This document shows positions 16,815 through 23,663 of a DNA stretch of 25,537 bases, one piece after another (positions within the stretch are counted from its first letter, which is position 1; each line of letters opens with the position of its first letter). The notes under the pieces were generated by a model that was given only the letters and a program-made list of their open reading frames with translations, did no database searches and was not told the DNA's origin. The position numbers and the translations under genes are program-made. The stretch lies in IMG/VR virus record IMGVR_UViG_3300025528_000036, positions 1 to 25,537 of that record; one strand, written 5' to 3'. Origin of the DNA: a virus (Duplodnaviria; Caudoviricetes).

Positions 16815-18830
16815 TTATCGGACAGGGCACGCGCCTGTTGCGCACCCATCTTCCTGAAGTTCATCGAAACTGTTTGCTGCATCAATGCTGATGGGCTTCA
16901 GACTGGATACGTAAGCCTCGAAGTCTTCCTTGGTTACAACCTCCTGCGGGAGGTAGGGGTATCCCAAGTCTTCAGCGGTCTTAGTCGGGTCGTTACGGTA
17001 CAGGAAAGAGACACCAACGTAGCTATCCCAGTTTTCCAGAAGCCAGTCGATAATGGCTGGAACTTCGTCCGGAGAATAGCTAACGGTGATGGAACAGTTG
17101 TGGTCCACGTAATTCTCCATGAGCAGCTTGTATCGCTCAAGCTGATCTATGGCAGTCTCCGTGTTGACTTCAACCGTAACCTTCTTTCCACCCCGCTCCA
17201 CTTCCACCTCGGTAAACGGAACGTTCTCATAAGAAACAGGGAACGTAACCAGAGCTGCTTCGGTGGAGTAGGGGTCATCGAACACGCGATACCCAGCGTC
17301 CTTCAGGAGCTTGACGAGAGGGTCGTGCTTCGAGAACCTAACGTTGTTGAAGATGTACTTACCGAGCGGCTTGTGAACACCCTCGGTAGTGTCCATGACT
17401 TTAGATAGCGTACCGGACGGCTTGACCGTAGTGACTGCTTTCGGGAGCGGCAGGCCCAGCTCAACCGCCATGGAGACGGCACCGTTCCATGCCTCTTCTC
17501 TCAGCCTCCGCCAAGCCTCCGGAGAATCCTTCAGCTCCCACCCGACGATGCCAGTAGGCCCAACACCGCAAAGGCGCAGAAACTCGTTAAGCTCGTGCCA
17601 GCTATCCTGAAGGATACCGTCCTTGAGGTTGACACATGTCTGCCGGTAGTTGGCTCTAGCTACGAGGTAGAAGGCATCCAGAAGGCCCTCGAAGTTTTTG
17701 TTGAACGCAGCTAGGTTGACTTCCACGAGGTTGCAGAAGCTCTTGTTCCCGAGAAGAATTTCAGCACACGGGTTCACTCCCTTGAACCATGGTGCCCGAG
17801 CTTCAGCGGCAGCGGCATTGATGAAACCGGGTTCCGAGCCCCCGGCCTCAGCCATAAGCCGGAAGATGTGTTCAAGCTCTTCCCGTGTTGGCTTCTGGTA
17901 GAACAGAAGCGAGTTGTTTGACTGGGCACGCTGCGGATTGCTGATCCAGTGTTCCTTCTTCGCCGTGGCGAACTCCTCCCACTCAGGCTCTCCGTGCGGC
18001 ATTACAACGATCTCCGCAGAGCGGCGACTGGTGAGAACCGTGCCCATCCAGTTGAACACGTCGAGGATATCAATGCGGGAAAGAAGCTGGCCAGCACGCC
18101 GGTTCAGCAGCTCGCACACCTTCACAAGCGCCTTGGACACTTCCTCGTCACCGGAACTGATCCAGCCATATCCCTTGAGGCGGATACCGGCAGGCCGAAT
18201 CTGAGTGAAGTCGAGGATGACGGTATCGACGGCCTGTTTAAGGGCGAGGAGCTTGCCGGGTGCCTTGGCCCACGCCTCGGCGCTATCCCCGAGGATAAGG
18301 TGAAAGACCTTACCATGGTCGTCATCGTCGTAGATGACGGCCATGTTGTGCTCCATTCCCCGGATGCCTCTATTCCAATCGTCGATGGTCATCTTTGAGC
18401 GACGAACCTCGATCTTCACCGGCTTAGTGAAGCCGTTGAGAATGCCGGGAATAGGGCGACCACCGACTCCGCAGCCCTGCAGCAAGAGCCACATGGCGTC
18501 TACTAGGTCGTGGACCGTCTCGATATGGGTGAAGGAACAGTTGAACTGGGAAGCCTCCCGGCGCTTGGCTACGTCCGTCCCTCCAAGCCAGAGCGTGCGA
18601 CCAGAGGGGAGAGCCTTACGGGCGACGATGAGGTCACGGAACGCGGAAAGCTCAGTCAACTGAGCGGGAGTCAGGGGACCGCCCTGAGCACGTTCCCAGA
18701 GCCACTTCTGATGCTGGATAACGCGGTCTGCGGTCTGCTCCCACGATTCAAAAACTGTACCCTCTTCATCGAGAGGGCGGTTGTAGGTGCGGCGGGCGAC
18801 GATCAGCGCCCGCGTCGATGGTGTAGTCAC
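16815..18830 (-). CDS. nrdJ: Class II (adenosylcobalamin-dependent) ribonucleotide reductase
   Basis: PSGR, FNCSF, LLQGCGVG, NPCAEI (thiyl Cys), FCNL, TTVKPSGT and C-terminal CATGAC. No beta subunit in the window. GTG start with AAGGAG. Confidence 0.88.
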   Translation of the reverse strand: MTTPSTRALIVARRTYNRPLDEEGTVFESWEQTADRVIQHQKWLWERAQGGPLTPAQLTELSAFRDLIVARKALPSGRTLWLGGTDVAKRREASQFNCSFTHIETVHDLVDAMWLLLQGCGVGGRPIPGILNGFTKPVKIEVRRSKMTIDDWNRGIRGMEHNMAVIYDDDDHGKVFHLILGDSAEAWAKAPGKLLALKQAVDTVILDFTQIRPAGIRLKGYGWISSGDEEVSKALVKVCELLNRRAGQLLSRIDILDVFNWMGTVLTSRRSAEIVVMPHGEPEWEEFATAKKEHWISNPQRAQSNNSLLFYQKPTREELEHIFRLMAEAGGSEPGFINAAAAEARAPWFKGVNPCAEILLGNKSFCNLVEVNLAAFNKNFEGLLDAFYLVARANYRQTCVNLKDGILQDSWHELNEFLRLCGVGPTGIVGWELKDSPEAWRRLREEAWNGAVSMAVELGLPLPKAVTTVKPSGTLSKVMDTTEGVHKPLGKYIFNNVRFSKHDPLVKLLKDAGYRVFDDPYSTEAALVTFPVSYENVPFTEVEVERGGKKVTVEVNTETAIDQLERYKLLMENYVDHNCSITVSYSPDEVPAIIDWLLENWDSYVGVSFLYRNDPTKTAEDLGYPYLPQEVVTKEDFEAYVSSLKPISIDAANSFDELQEDGCATGACPVR

Positions 18831-18836
18831 TATACT
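18820..18836. promoter_or_regulatory. 17-bp palindromic site 7 (GGTGTAGTCACTATACT) over the RNR start codon
   Basis: Exact consensus. Contains the GTG start (18828-18830) and the edge of the RBS. Confidence 0.8.
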
Positions 18837-18842
18837 CCTTGA

Positions 18843-19283
18843 CTATGAATAATGACGCTCAAGGAAACCAAGCATGTCGGGTGCCTTGTAGTTTGGCCCC
18901 TTGAGAATCTTACCATCCTCGCGGCGAACGGGCTTACCGTCCGGTCCGAGCTTGCTCATGTTGGACTGGTGGACCATCCGGAACATTTCGAGAATGGCGT
19001 CCCGGTCGAACTCTCTGTTGACGACTCGGAGAGCGCCCAAGACAGCCCCCGGATATGGGATTTCACCGTCCTTCAGAATATCCCCACCCGCAAGAGTGAA
19101 GCCTTCCACGACATAGAGGAGGTCGCAGACTTCCTTGAGGAGATTTGCAAACGCCTCGGCAACCTCAACGCTCTCTTCGAGGATGAGCTTGGCCCAGAAC
19201 TCGGGGTCGCGCGGGGGATCAAACTTAGCGAAGAACTCCTCCAGAGCCTCAGTGACTTCGGTAGTGTTATCTGAATGTTCCAT
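18843..19283 (-). CDS. MazG-like / PRA-PH family NTP pyrophosphohydrolase
   Basis: LILEESVE...KEVCDLLYV...VHQSNMSKLGPDGKPVRREDGKILKGPNY. Confidence 0.88.
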   Translation of the reverse strand: MEHSDNTTEVTEALEEFFAKFDPPRDPEFWAKLILEESVEVAEAFANLLKEVCDLLYVVEGFTLAGGDILKDGEIPYPGAVLGALRVVNREFDRDAILEMFRMVHQSNMSKLGPDGKPVRREDGKILKGPNYKAPDMLGFLERHYS

Positions 19284-19632
19284 CTTTAATCTGTTTCCTC
19301 AGACGCCCAACGAAGTATTCGATCTTGTTGAGGTCGTATTCGATGTCCGTCCCGGACTTCTCGCCCAAGCGGTAGCAAGCCTTGAAGATGTTCCCCAAGG
19401 CGAAATTCATCCTCTTGTACTCAATGAGGTCGTTAAGCTCGGTGGCACCGGGAGGAAGCTTGTAGTAGTCCGTCGATCCACCGTTGGATTTGATCGGTGT
19501 AGTCACTCTACCTGCTTCTTCTTCTTCTTCTGGAAACGGAGTCCAGTGACTGAAGCAACGGCAGCTCCGGCAGGGGTCTCTCTCCGACACAATATCCCGA
19601 TATCGGCACGTCAAGCACGAGGGGGAGTCCAA
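19267..19632 (-). CDS. DUF3310 / gp1.7-like protein with N-terminal Cys4 motif
   Basis: TTG start at 19632 with AAGGA RBS. CLTC...CRSC, then an acidic linker, then GGSTDYY...FALGNIFKACYRLGEK...DLNKIEYF. The upstream part of the 218-aa ORF lies in another frame of the exonuclease gene. Confidence 0.7.
   Translation of the reverse strand: MDSPSCLTCRYRDIVSERDPCRSCRCFSHWTPFPEEEEEAGRVTTPIKSNGGSTDYYKLPPGATELNDLIEYKRMNFALGNIFKACYRLGEKSGTDIEYDLNKIEYFVGRLRKQIKDGTFR
19496..19512. promoter_or_regulatory. 17-bp palindromic site 8 (GGTGTAGTCACTCTACC)
   Basis: 1 mismatch to consensus. At the domain boundary of the DUF3310-like gene. Confidence 0.75.
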
Positions 19633-20366
19633 AGGATCGGTTCCTTCTTCTTGAAGTTGTAGTCTGTCCAACGCAGGATGCGGGCGCAGCGGGCCTGCTG
19701 AATAGCGACGCGCTCGTCTAGCCCGGCCTTCTCGTAGGCAGCGACCACGGCTTGCCAGCGTTTGTCGTGAGGAACGTCCAAGATGGCCTCGGCCTTCTTC
19801 GGGCCGACGCCGGGGCAACCCTTGTATCCGTCCGTTGCATCTCCAGTCAGCGTTTGGAAATAGAACCAATAGTCGGCCTCTTCCTCGCTGATATCGACAA
19901 CCTCGGCGCTTTCTGTCCCCCACCTGATGAACTTTCCGGGGACGGTCTTCATGTCCTTATCGATGGACACGATGATCTTCTCACCGGGGATAAGTCTAGG
20001 ATGGGTGGCGAGGATGCCCATGCAGTCGTCGCCTTCCAAGCCGGGCCTGAAGTAGGCCCCCCGCTCGTCAATGAGCCACTGCTTGAAGTGCTTCAGAACG
20101 ATGGGCTTACGGATGGACCGCCGCTGAGCCTTGTAGTCTGGATCAATGGACGTTCTGAAGTTTCCTTCGCTATCGGTGAGGCATAGCTTGACGTCATCGG
20201 CCTCAAGCTTCTCCATCATGGTATGGACTTCGTCATCGAAGCGGGCGACCACCTCGTCGAAGTCCACATGCCATGTCCAATACCCACCCCAGTCGATGGC
20301 TTTCTCGCAGCCAAACGCTGCGTTGTACGCCAGAACGTCCGCGTCGATTAGGAGCGTTCGACTCAC
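19611..20366 (-). CDS. 5'-3' exonuclease (gp6)
   Basis: LLIDAD...NFR...YKAQR...LEGDDCMGILAT...SIDKDMKTVPG...QTLTGDATDGYKGCPGVG...ARILR. Confidence 0.95.
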   Translation of the reverse strand: MSRTLLIDADVLAYNAAFGCEKAIDWGGYWTWHVDFDEVVARFDDEVHTMMEKLEADDVKLCLTDSEGNFRTSIDPDYKAQRRSIRKPIVLKHFKQWLIDERGAYFRPGLEGDDCMGILATHPRLIPGEKIIVSIDKDMKTVPGKFIRWGTESAEVVDISEEEADYWFYFQTLTGDATDGYKGCPGVGPKKAEAILDVPHDKRWQAVVAAYEKAGLDERVAIQQARCARILRWTDYNFKKKEPILWTPPRA

Positions 20367-20584
20367 TCGTTCTCCTTGTCGATAGTCCCGGCCAATTCCA
20401 CTAGGCCGGTTGGCACGAACACAATCTTTGAGTCCTCCTGCACCAGAAGGCTGTATGGGCCAGCGTGCTCAATGACCGTGCCGAGGTACGGACCGCGACC
20501 GTTGCACGTCCAGCTCTTGACGGAGGCTCCGATAGGGAAGCGGTCGGAAGGGGTCAGCGTCTGTGTTGCTTGATTCTGGTCCAT
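20363..20584 (-). CDS. Hypothetical small beta-rich protein (start uncertain, 20584 or 20620)
   Basis: FPIGASVKSW...GTVIE...LLVQED...VFVP, an SH3/KOW-like pattern. Stop overlaps the exonuclease start (GTGA). Confidence 0.55.
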   Translation of the reverse strand: MDQNQATQTLTPSDRFPIGASVKSWTCNGRGPYLGTVIEHAGPYSLLVQEDSKIVFVPTGLVELAGTIDKENE

Positions 20585-20634
20585 GGACGAAGCAAGTGCA
20601 GGAACCAGAAGGTGTTCCACTCAATGCTGGTCAT
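20554..20634 (-). CDS. Putative 26-aa micro-ORF
   Basis: MTSIEWNTFWFLHLLRPWTRIKQHRR. ATGA coupling to the preceding micro-ORF. Confidence 0.35.
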   Translation of the reverse strand: MTSIEWNTFWFLHLLRPWTRIKQHRR

Positions 20635-20714
20635 CGACGAAACCTAGAAGGAAGACGGGTAAAATAGGCGATGAAGTCGATCAGGAACTTTATGATCTCA
20701 ATCGCCGCGTACAT
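20631..20714 (-). CDS. Putative 27-aa micro-ORF
   Basis: MYAAIEIIKFLIDFIAYFTRLPSRFRR. GAGGT RBS 6 nt upstream. Confidence 0.5.
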   Translation of the reverse strand: MYAAIEIIKFLIDFIAYFTRLPSRFRR

Positions 20715-20934
20715 CGAAATACCTCTTCAGCTCGTCCCGGCCTCCGATTCGGAAACCGTCAACAAAAACTTGGGGAGTTGTCGGACTCGGGAGTAGAGCC
20801 TTCAAGAAGTCCTTGATGGCTGCATCCTTCGTGATGTCGAACTCACGCGCAACAATTCCCCGGCTTCGCAGGATTTCCTTCGCTTCGGCACAAGGTTTAC
20901 AGCCGGGCTGTGTGATTATGGTCCAGTTACTCAT
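20698..20934 (-). CDS. Glutaredoxin / NrdH-like redoxin
   Basis: 78 aa, CKPC active site, TPQVFVDG..IGG. Confidence 0.9.
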   Translation of the reverse strand: MSNWTIITQPGCKPCAEAKEILRSRGIVAREFDITKDAAIKDFLKALLPSPTTPQVFVDGFRIGGRDELKRYFDVRGD

Positions 20935-21007
20935 CTTTCATACTCAGGATCAAAAGGGTGAGGCACATGAGCATGAAGAAGGCGGCTGCTATTAATCCTT
21001 GTCCCAT
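20927..21007 (-). CDS. Putative 26-aa single-transmembrane peptide
   Basis: MGQGLIAAAFFMLMCLTLLILSMKDE. GGAGAGG RBS. Bridges the thyX stop and the glutaredoxin start. Confidence 0.55.
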   Translation of the reverse strand: MGQGLIAAAFFMLMCLTLLILSMKDE

Positions 21008-21645
21008 CCCGTCCTCTCCGTCAGGGCACGCCAACTATCAGGGAACAGAGGGGCGATGATCTGCCCAACCTGCTCAGCCAAGTCTCTAACCTCACGCTGC
21101 GCATGGGGGTCTGTCCGAAGGTTGTAGAAGCGAGCGTAGGCGGCGAGATTCCCGGTCCATATCCAATTGACCATAACGCCCTGTGGGAGGACGAACCGGG
21201 CCTGCTCGGGGCACACTCCAGCGTTGAGCATGGCTTCGTAAGCCGAGAGGGCGAACCTCGTGCTAGCCTCGTAGATGTGACTCACAAGGTCCGGGTCATC
21301 TACCGGGAAGGGACTGGAGCCCTGCTTGACTCCATGCTCAGGAGCCTTGCGCCAGTAGTCCGGCCAGAACACCTCCGGGGTATAGTGAATATACCGACGA
21401 CTCTCCTCGTTCTCGGTGAAGCCGACTTTATGCTTGAAGCATTGTGTCCGAATGGGAACTGGAGCCTTGACGCGAAGAGTGATTGCCGTGTGAGCGAAAG
21501 GGGTCCAGTGGCCATGTTCGGCCAGATAGTTAATGAGCTTGGCGTCCCGGTCGTCGTACTCGTCTTTGTACTTCGCAAACGACACGCGAGCTGCGTTCAC
21601 CACGCTGAGGTCGTCCCCCATGTGGTCTATGTATTCCACCTTCAT
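20992..21645 (-). CDS. thyX: Flavin-dependent thymidylate synthase
   Basis: MGDDLSVVNAARVSF...HWTPF...KHKVGFTENEESRRY...PEQARFVLP...LRTDPHAQRE. Confidence 0.93.
   Translation of the reverse strand: MKVEYIDHMGDDLSVVNAARVSFAKYKDEYDDRDAKLINYLAEHGHWTPFAHTAITLRVKAPVPIRTQCFKHKVGFTENEESRRYIHYTPEVFWPDYWRKAPEHGVKQGSSPFPVDDPDLVSHIYEASTRFALSAYEAMLNAGVCPEQARFVLPQGVMVNWIWTGNLAAYARFYNLRTDPHAQREVRDLAEQVGQIIAPLFPDSWRALTERTGWDKD
21379..21395. promoter_or_regulatory. 17-bp palindromic site 9 (GGTATAGTGAATATACC)
   Basis: 1 mismatch to consensus. Inside thyX. Confidence 0.65.
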
Positions 21646-21872
21646 CTCTTCTCCGTGAAAAGAAAAGACGCACCACGGGGAGTTACCCGCCAGATGCGTC
21701 CGAAGCGCCCACTAGGTTGGTACGTGGTGATGAAGCCCAGAGAGGCGGCGATAGCCACCCAGTCAGCTTCAGCCTTCGCAAAGTCAGACTTGGTAGTGAA
21801 AGGACTAGACCACGCCCGCTCAAGAACTCTAATGAGTCTCTGCCCAAGAGGGTCCGATTTGATACTGTCCAT
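21642..21872 (-). CDS. gp5.7-like small protein
   Basis: VAIAASLGFITT...GRFGRIWRVTPRGASFL parallels T7 gp5.7 as I recall it (VAEAASRGHIS...GRNGGAWEITASGTRFL). Follows the polymerase. Start uncertain. Confidence 0.75.
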   Translation of the reverse strand: MDSIKSDPLGQRLIRVLERAWSSPFTTKSDFAKAEADWVAIAASLGFITTYQPSGRFGRIWRVTPRGASFLFTEKR

Positions 21873-23655
21873 TAAGGGGACACTTAAAGCCTAGTACTTC
21901 GCCAGCCCGCACGATTGCTTGAACTGCCAGCTCACCAACTTGCTGAGCAATCTCGGGCTTGCACTCGATCTGCCATTCGTCGTGGACGTTAGCTACAAAC
22001 TCGTAGTCATCGCCGGGAACGAAGCCACGGTCCTGCAATGACTTGTCGAGGATGACCAGTCCCTGCTTCATCATGACGGCTCCGGCGCTCTGAAGCAGTG
22101 TGTTGAAGGCGGAGTGTTCCGAACGGCAATAAAGGACGCGACCGTCTAGCCCGCGCAGCTTACCCACCTTGCGGACCTTCTGTTTGACCTTATCGACGAT
22201 CTTGCCGAGAGCCGGAAGAGCGGCCAAGAACCTCTTGCGGGACTCCTTGCCTGCCTTCTTCGCCCGAGAACCGGCAGGGAAACCTAGAATGGTTCCCAGC
22301 TTCTCGTCACCAGCCCCGTAAATGAAGGCGTAGAACCACACCTTGGCGGTGTCACGCGAACAGCCCAACGCCTTCGCATTGAGCGTGTGCATGTCGGTCC
22401 CCTCTTCCTTCTTACCTTCGAGCACCGTGGAGACGTATGCGCCTCCATCGTACCGGGCCATGTACCCAGCGAGGCACCGAAGCTCCAGTGCGTCCGCGTC
22501 GCATCCAACAAGAACCTTACCCGGAGAAGCCCGAAACAGGGACCGGCATTCATGGCCATAGGGAGCGCCTGAACTGGGCACCTGAGCCACGTTCGGTCCA
22601 GAGTGAGTCATCCGTCCAGTGACCGCGCCATTAGTGACAACTCGGCCATGAATGCGACCGTCGCTGGAAACACGCTTCAGCCATGCTTCCTTGCCTGTCG
22701 CCAACTGCCCGATGCGCTTCTCAACCATAAGGTACTCGGAGAGAACCTTGGCCTCCTCATACGGCAGCGCGGACAGAACCTCCTCATCCACCTTGGGCCT
22801 ACCGTCAGGCGTGAACTGCTCGGGCTTCCAGCCACGTTGGGCCTTTAGCCGCTGCGCAATGTGGTCTCGTGAGGCCGGGTTGAAGGTGACGGTCTTCACC
22901 TTAACCACGGGCTGGCCCTTCACGTAACCAAGCTTCTTGTTGTTGACCTTCGGAACGAAGGTGGTCCTCACCTCCCACGGTGGGAATACCCGTTGCAGCT
23001 CCGCTAGAAGCTCCTGCCTCCGGGATACGAGAGTAGCATAAAGCTCAGATGCCCTCTTCTGGTCGAAGTAGAAGCCATGACGTACCTGACGCTCGATGAT
23101 TTCAGCTACGTCATGCTCCAGTTGGATAGACTTCTCATCCCATTGTTGAGCCTCGATCTTCTTCCACAGGCTCAGGGTAACTTCGACGTCTTGCTCGCAG
23201 TAGTCCTGCATTTCTCGGGACCACTGCCCCCACGGCCCCTTGAAGTCTCCTTTGTAATTTCCCAATCGGTAGCCAAACGCTTCCAGCTTGAACGATGCTA
23301 GATGCTGTTTTGGAAGCCGCCCAGAATTTACGAGGCGCATGTCCCGGTCTTTGAGGTAATCCTTCGGCCAGATGAGCCGGGCCATAACAATGGTATCTCG
23401 GACTACCCCACGCGGGCTCCATGTCGGATAGACCTTCTTGAGGGCAGGGATGTCGAAGGCGATGATGTTATGCCCCGCGATGAGGTCGGCTTGCTCCAGC
23501 AACGCAAGGCCGACTTCGATATCGGTATAGTCACTATCCCTTGCGCAGGACCACGCTTCTCCGGTGTCAATGTCCTTAATGCATAGGGAGTGAACTTTGG
23601 TGAGGTCCGGGAGGAGGCCGTCTGTCTCAATGTCGAAAACTAAACGTCGGCCCAT
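21829..23655 (-). CDS. Family A DNA polymerase (gp5) with 3'-5' exonuclease
   Basis: Start MGRRLVFDIETDG at 23655 with AAGGAG RBS. GHNIIAFD, YCEQDV, TGRMTH, DADALELR, RDTAKVWFYAFIYG, NTLLQSAGA, VHDEWQ. Confidence 0.97.
   Translation of the reverse strand: MGRRLVFDIETDGLLPDLTKVHSLCIKDIDTGEAWSCARDSDYTDIEVGLALLEQADLIAGHNIIAFDIPALKKVYPTWSPRGVVRDTIVMARLIWPKDYLKDRDMRLVNSGRLPKQHLASFKLEAFGYRLGNYKGDFKGPWGQWSREMQDYCEQDVEVTLSLWKKIEAQQWDEKSIQLEHDVAEIIERQVRHGFYFDQKRASELYATLVSRRQELLAELQRVFPPWEVRTTFVPKVNNKKLGYVKGQPVVKVKTVTFNPASRDHIAQRLKAQRGWKPEQFTPDGRPKVDEEVLSALPYEEAKVLSEYLMVEKRIGQLATGKEAWLKRVSSDGRIHGRVVTNGAVTGRMTHSGPNVAQVPSSGAPYGHECRSLFRASPGKVLVGCDADALELRCLAGYMARYDGGAYVSTVLEGKKEEGTDMHTLNAKALGCSRDTAKVWFYAFIYGAGDEKLGTILGFPAGSRAKKAGKESRKRFLAALPALGKIVDKVKQKVRKVGKLRGLDGRVLYCRSEHSAFNTLLQSAGAVMMKQGLVILDKSLQDRGFVPGDDYEFVANVHDEWQIECKPEIAQQVGELAVQAIVRAGEVLGFKCPLNGQYQIGPSWAETH
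23524..23540. promoter_or_regulatory. 17-bp palindromic site 10 (GGTATAGTCACTATCCC)
   Basis: 1 mismatch to consensus. Near the 5' end of the polymerase gene. Confidence 0.7.
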
Positions 23656-23663
23656 GATCTCCT

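Noticed and set aside
17426-17442. Partial core GTAGTGACT in the RNR gene
   Set aside because: Flanks do not match the consensus, and it is explained by the conserved AVTTVKPSG codons.
18820-18836. Palindrome as a host NrdR box, since it sits at the RNR start
   Set aside because: The NrdR box is a 16-bp ACAC...GTGT palindrome with the half-sites in the opposite arrangement, and this motif also occurs throughout the virion genes.
19633-19923. Arg-rich N-terminal part of the 218-aa ORF
   Set aside because: Alternative frame of the exonuclease gene. A better start with an RBS exists at 19632.
1833-23540. Palindromes as CRISPR repeats or insertion-element ends
   Set aside because: Copies are about a kilobase or more apart, do not disrupt reading frames, and there are no spacers, cas genes or transposase.
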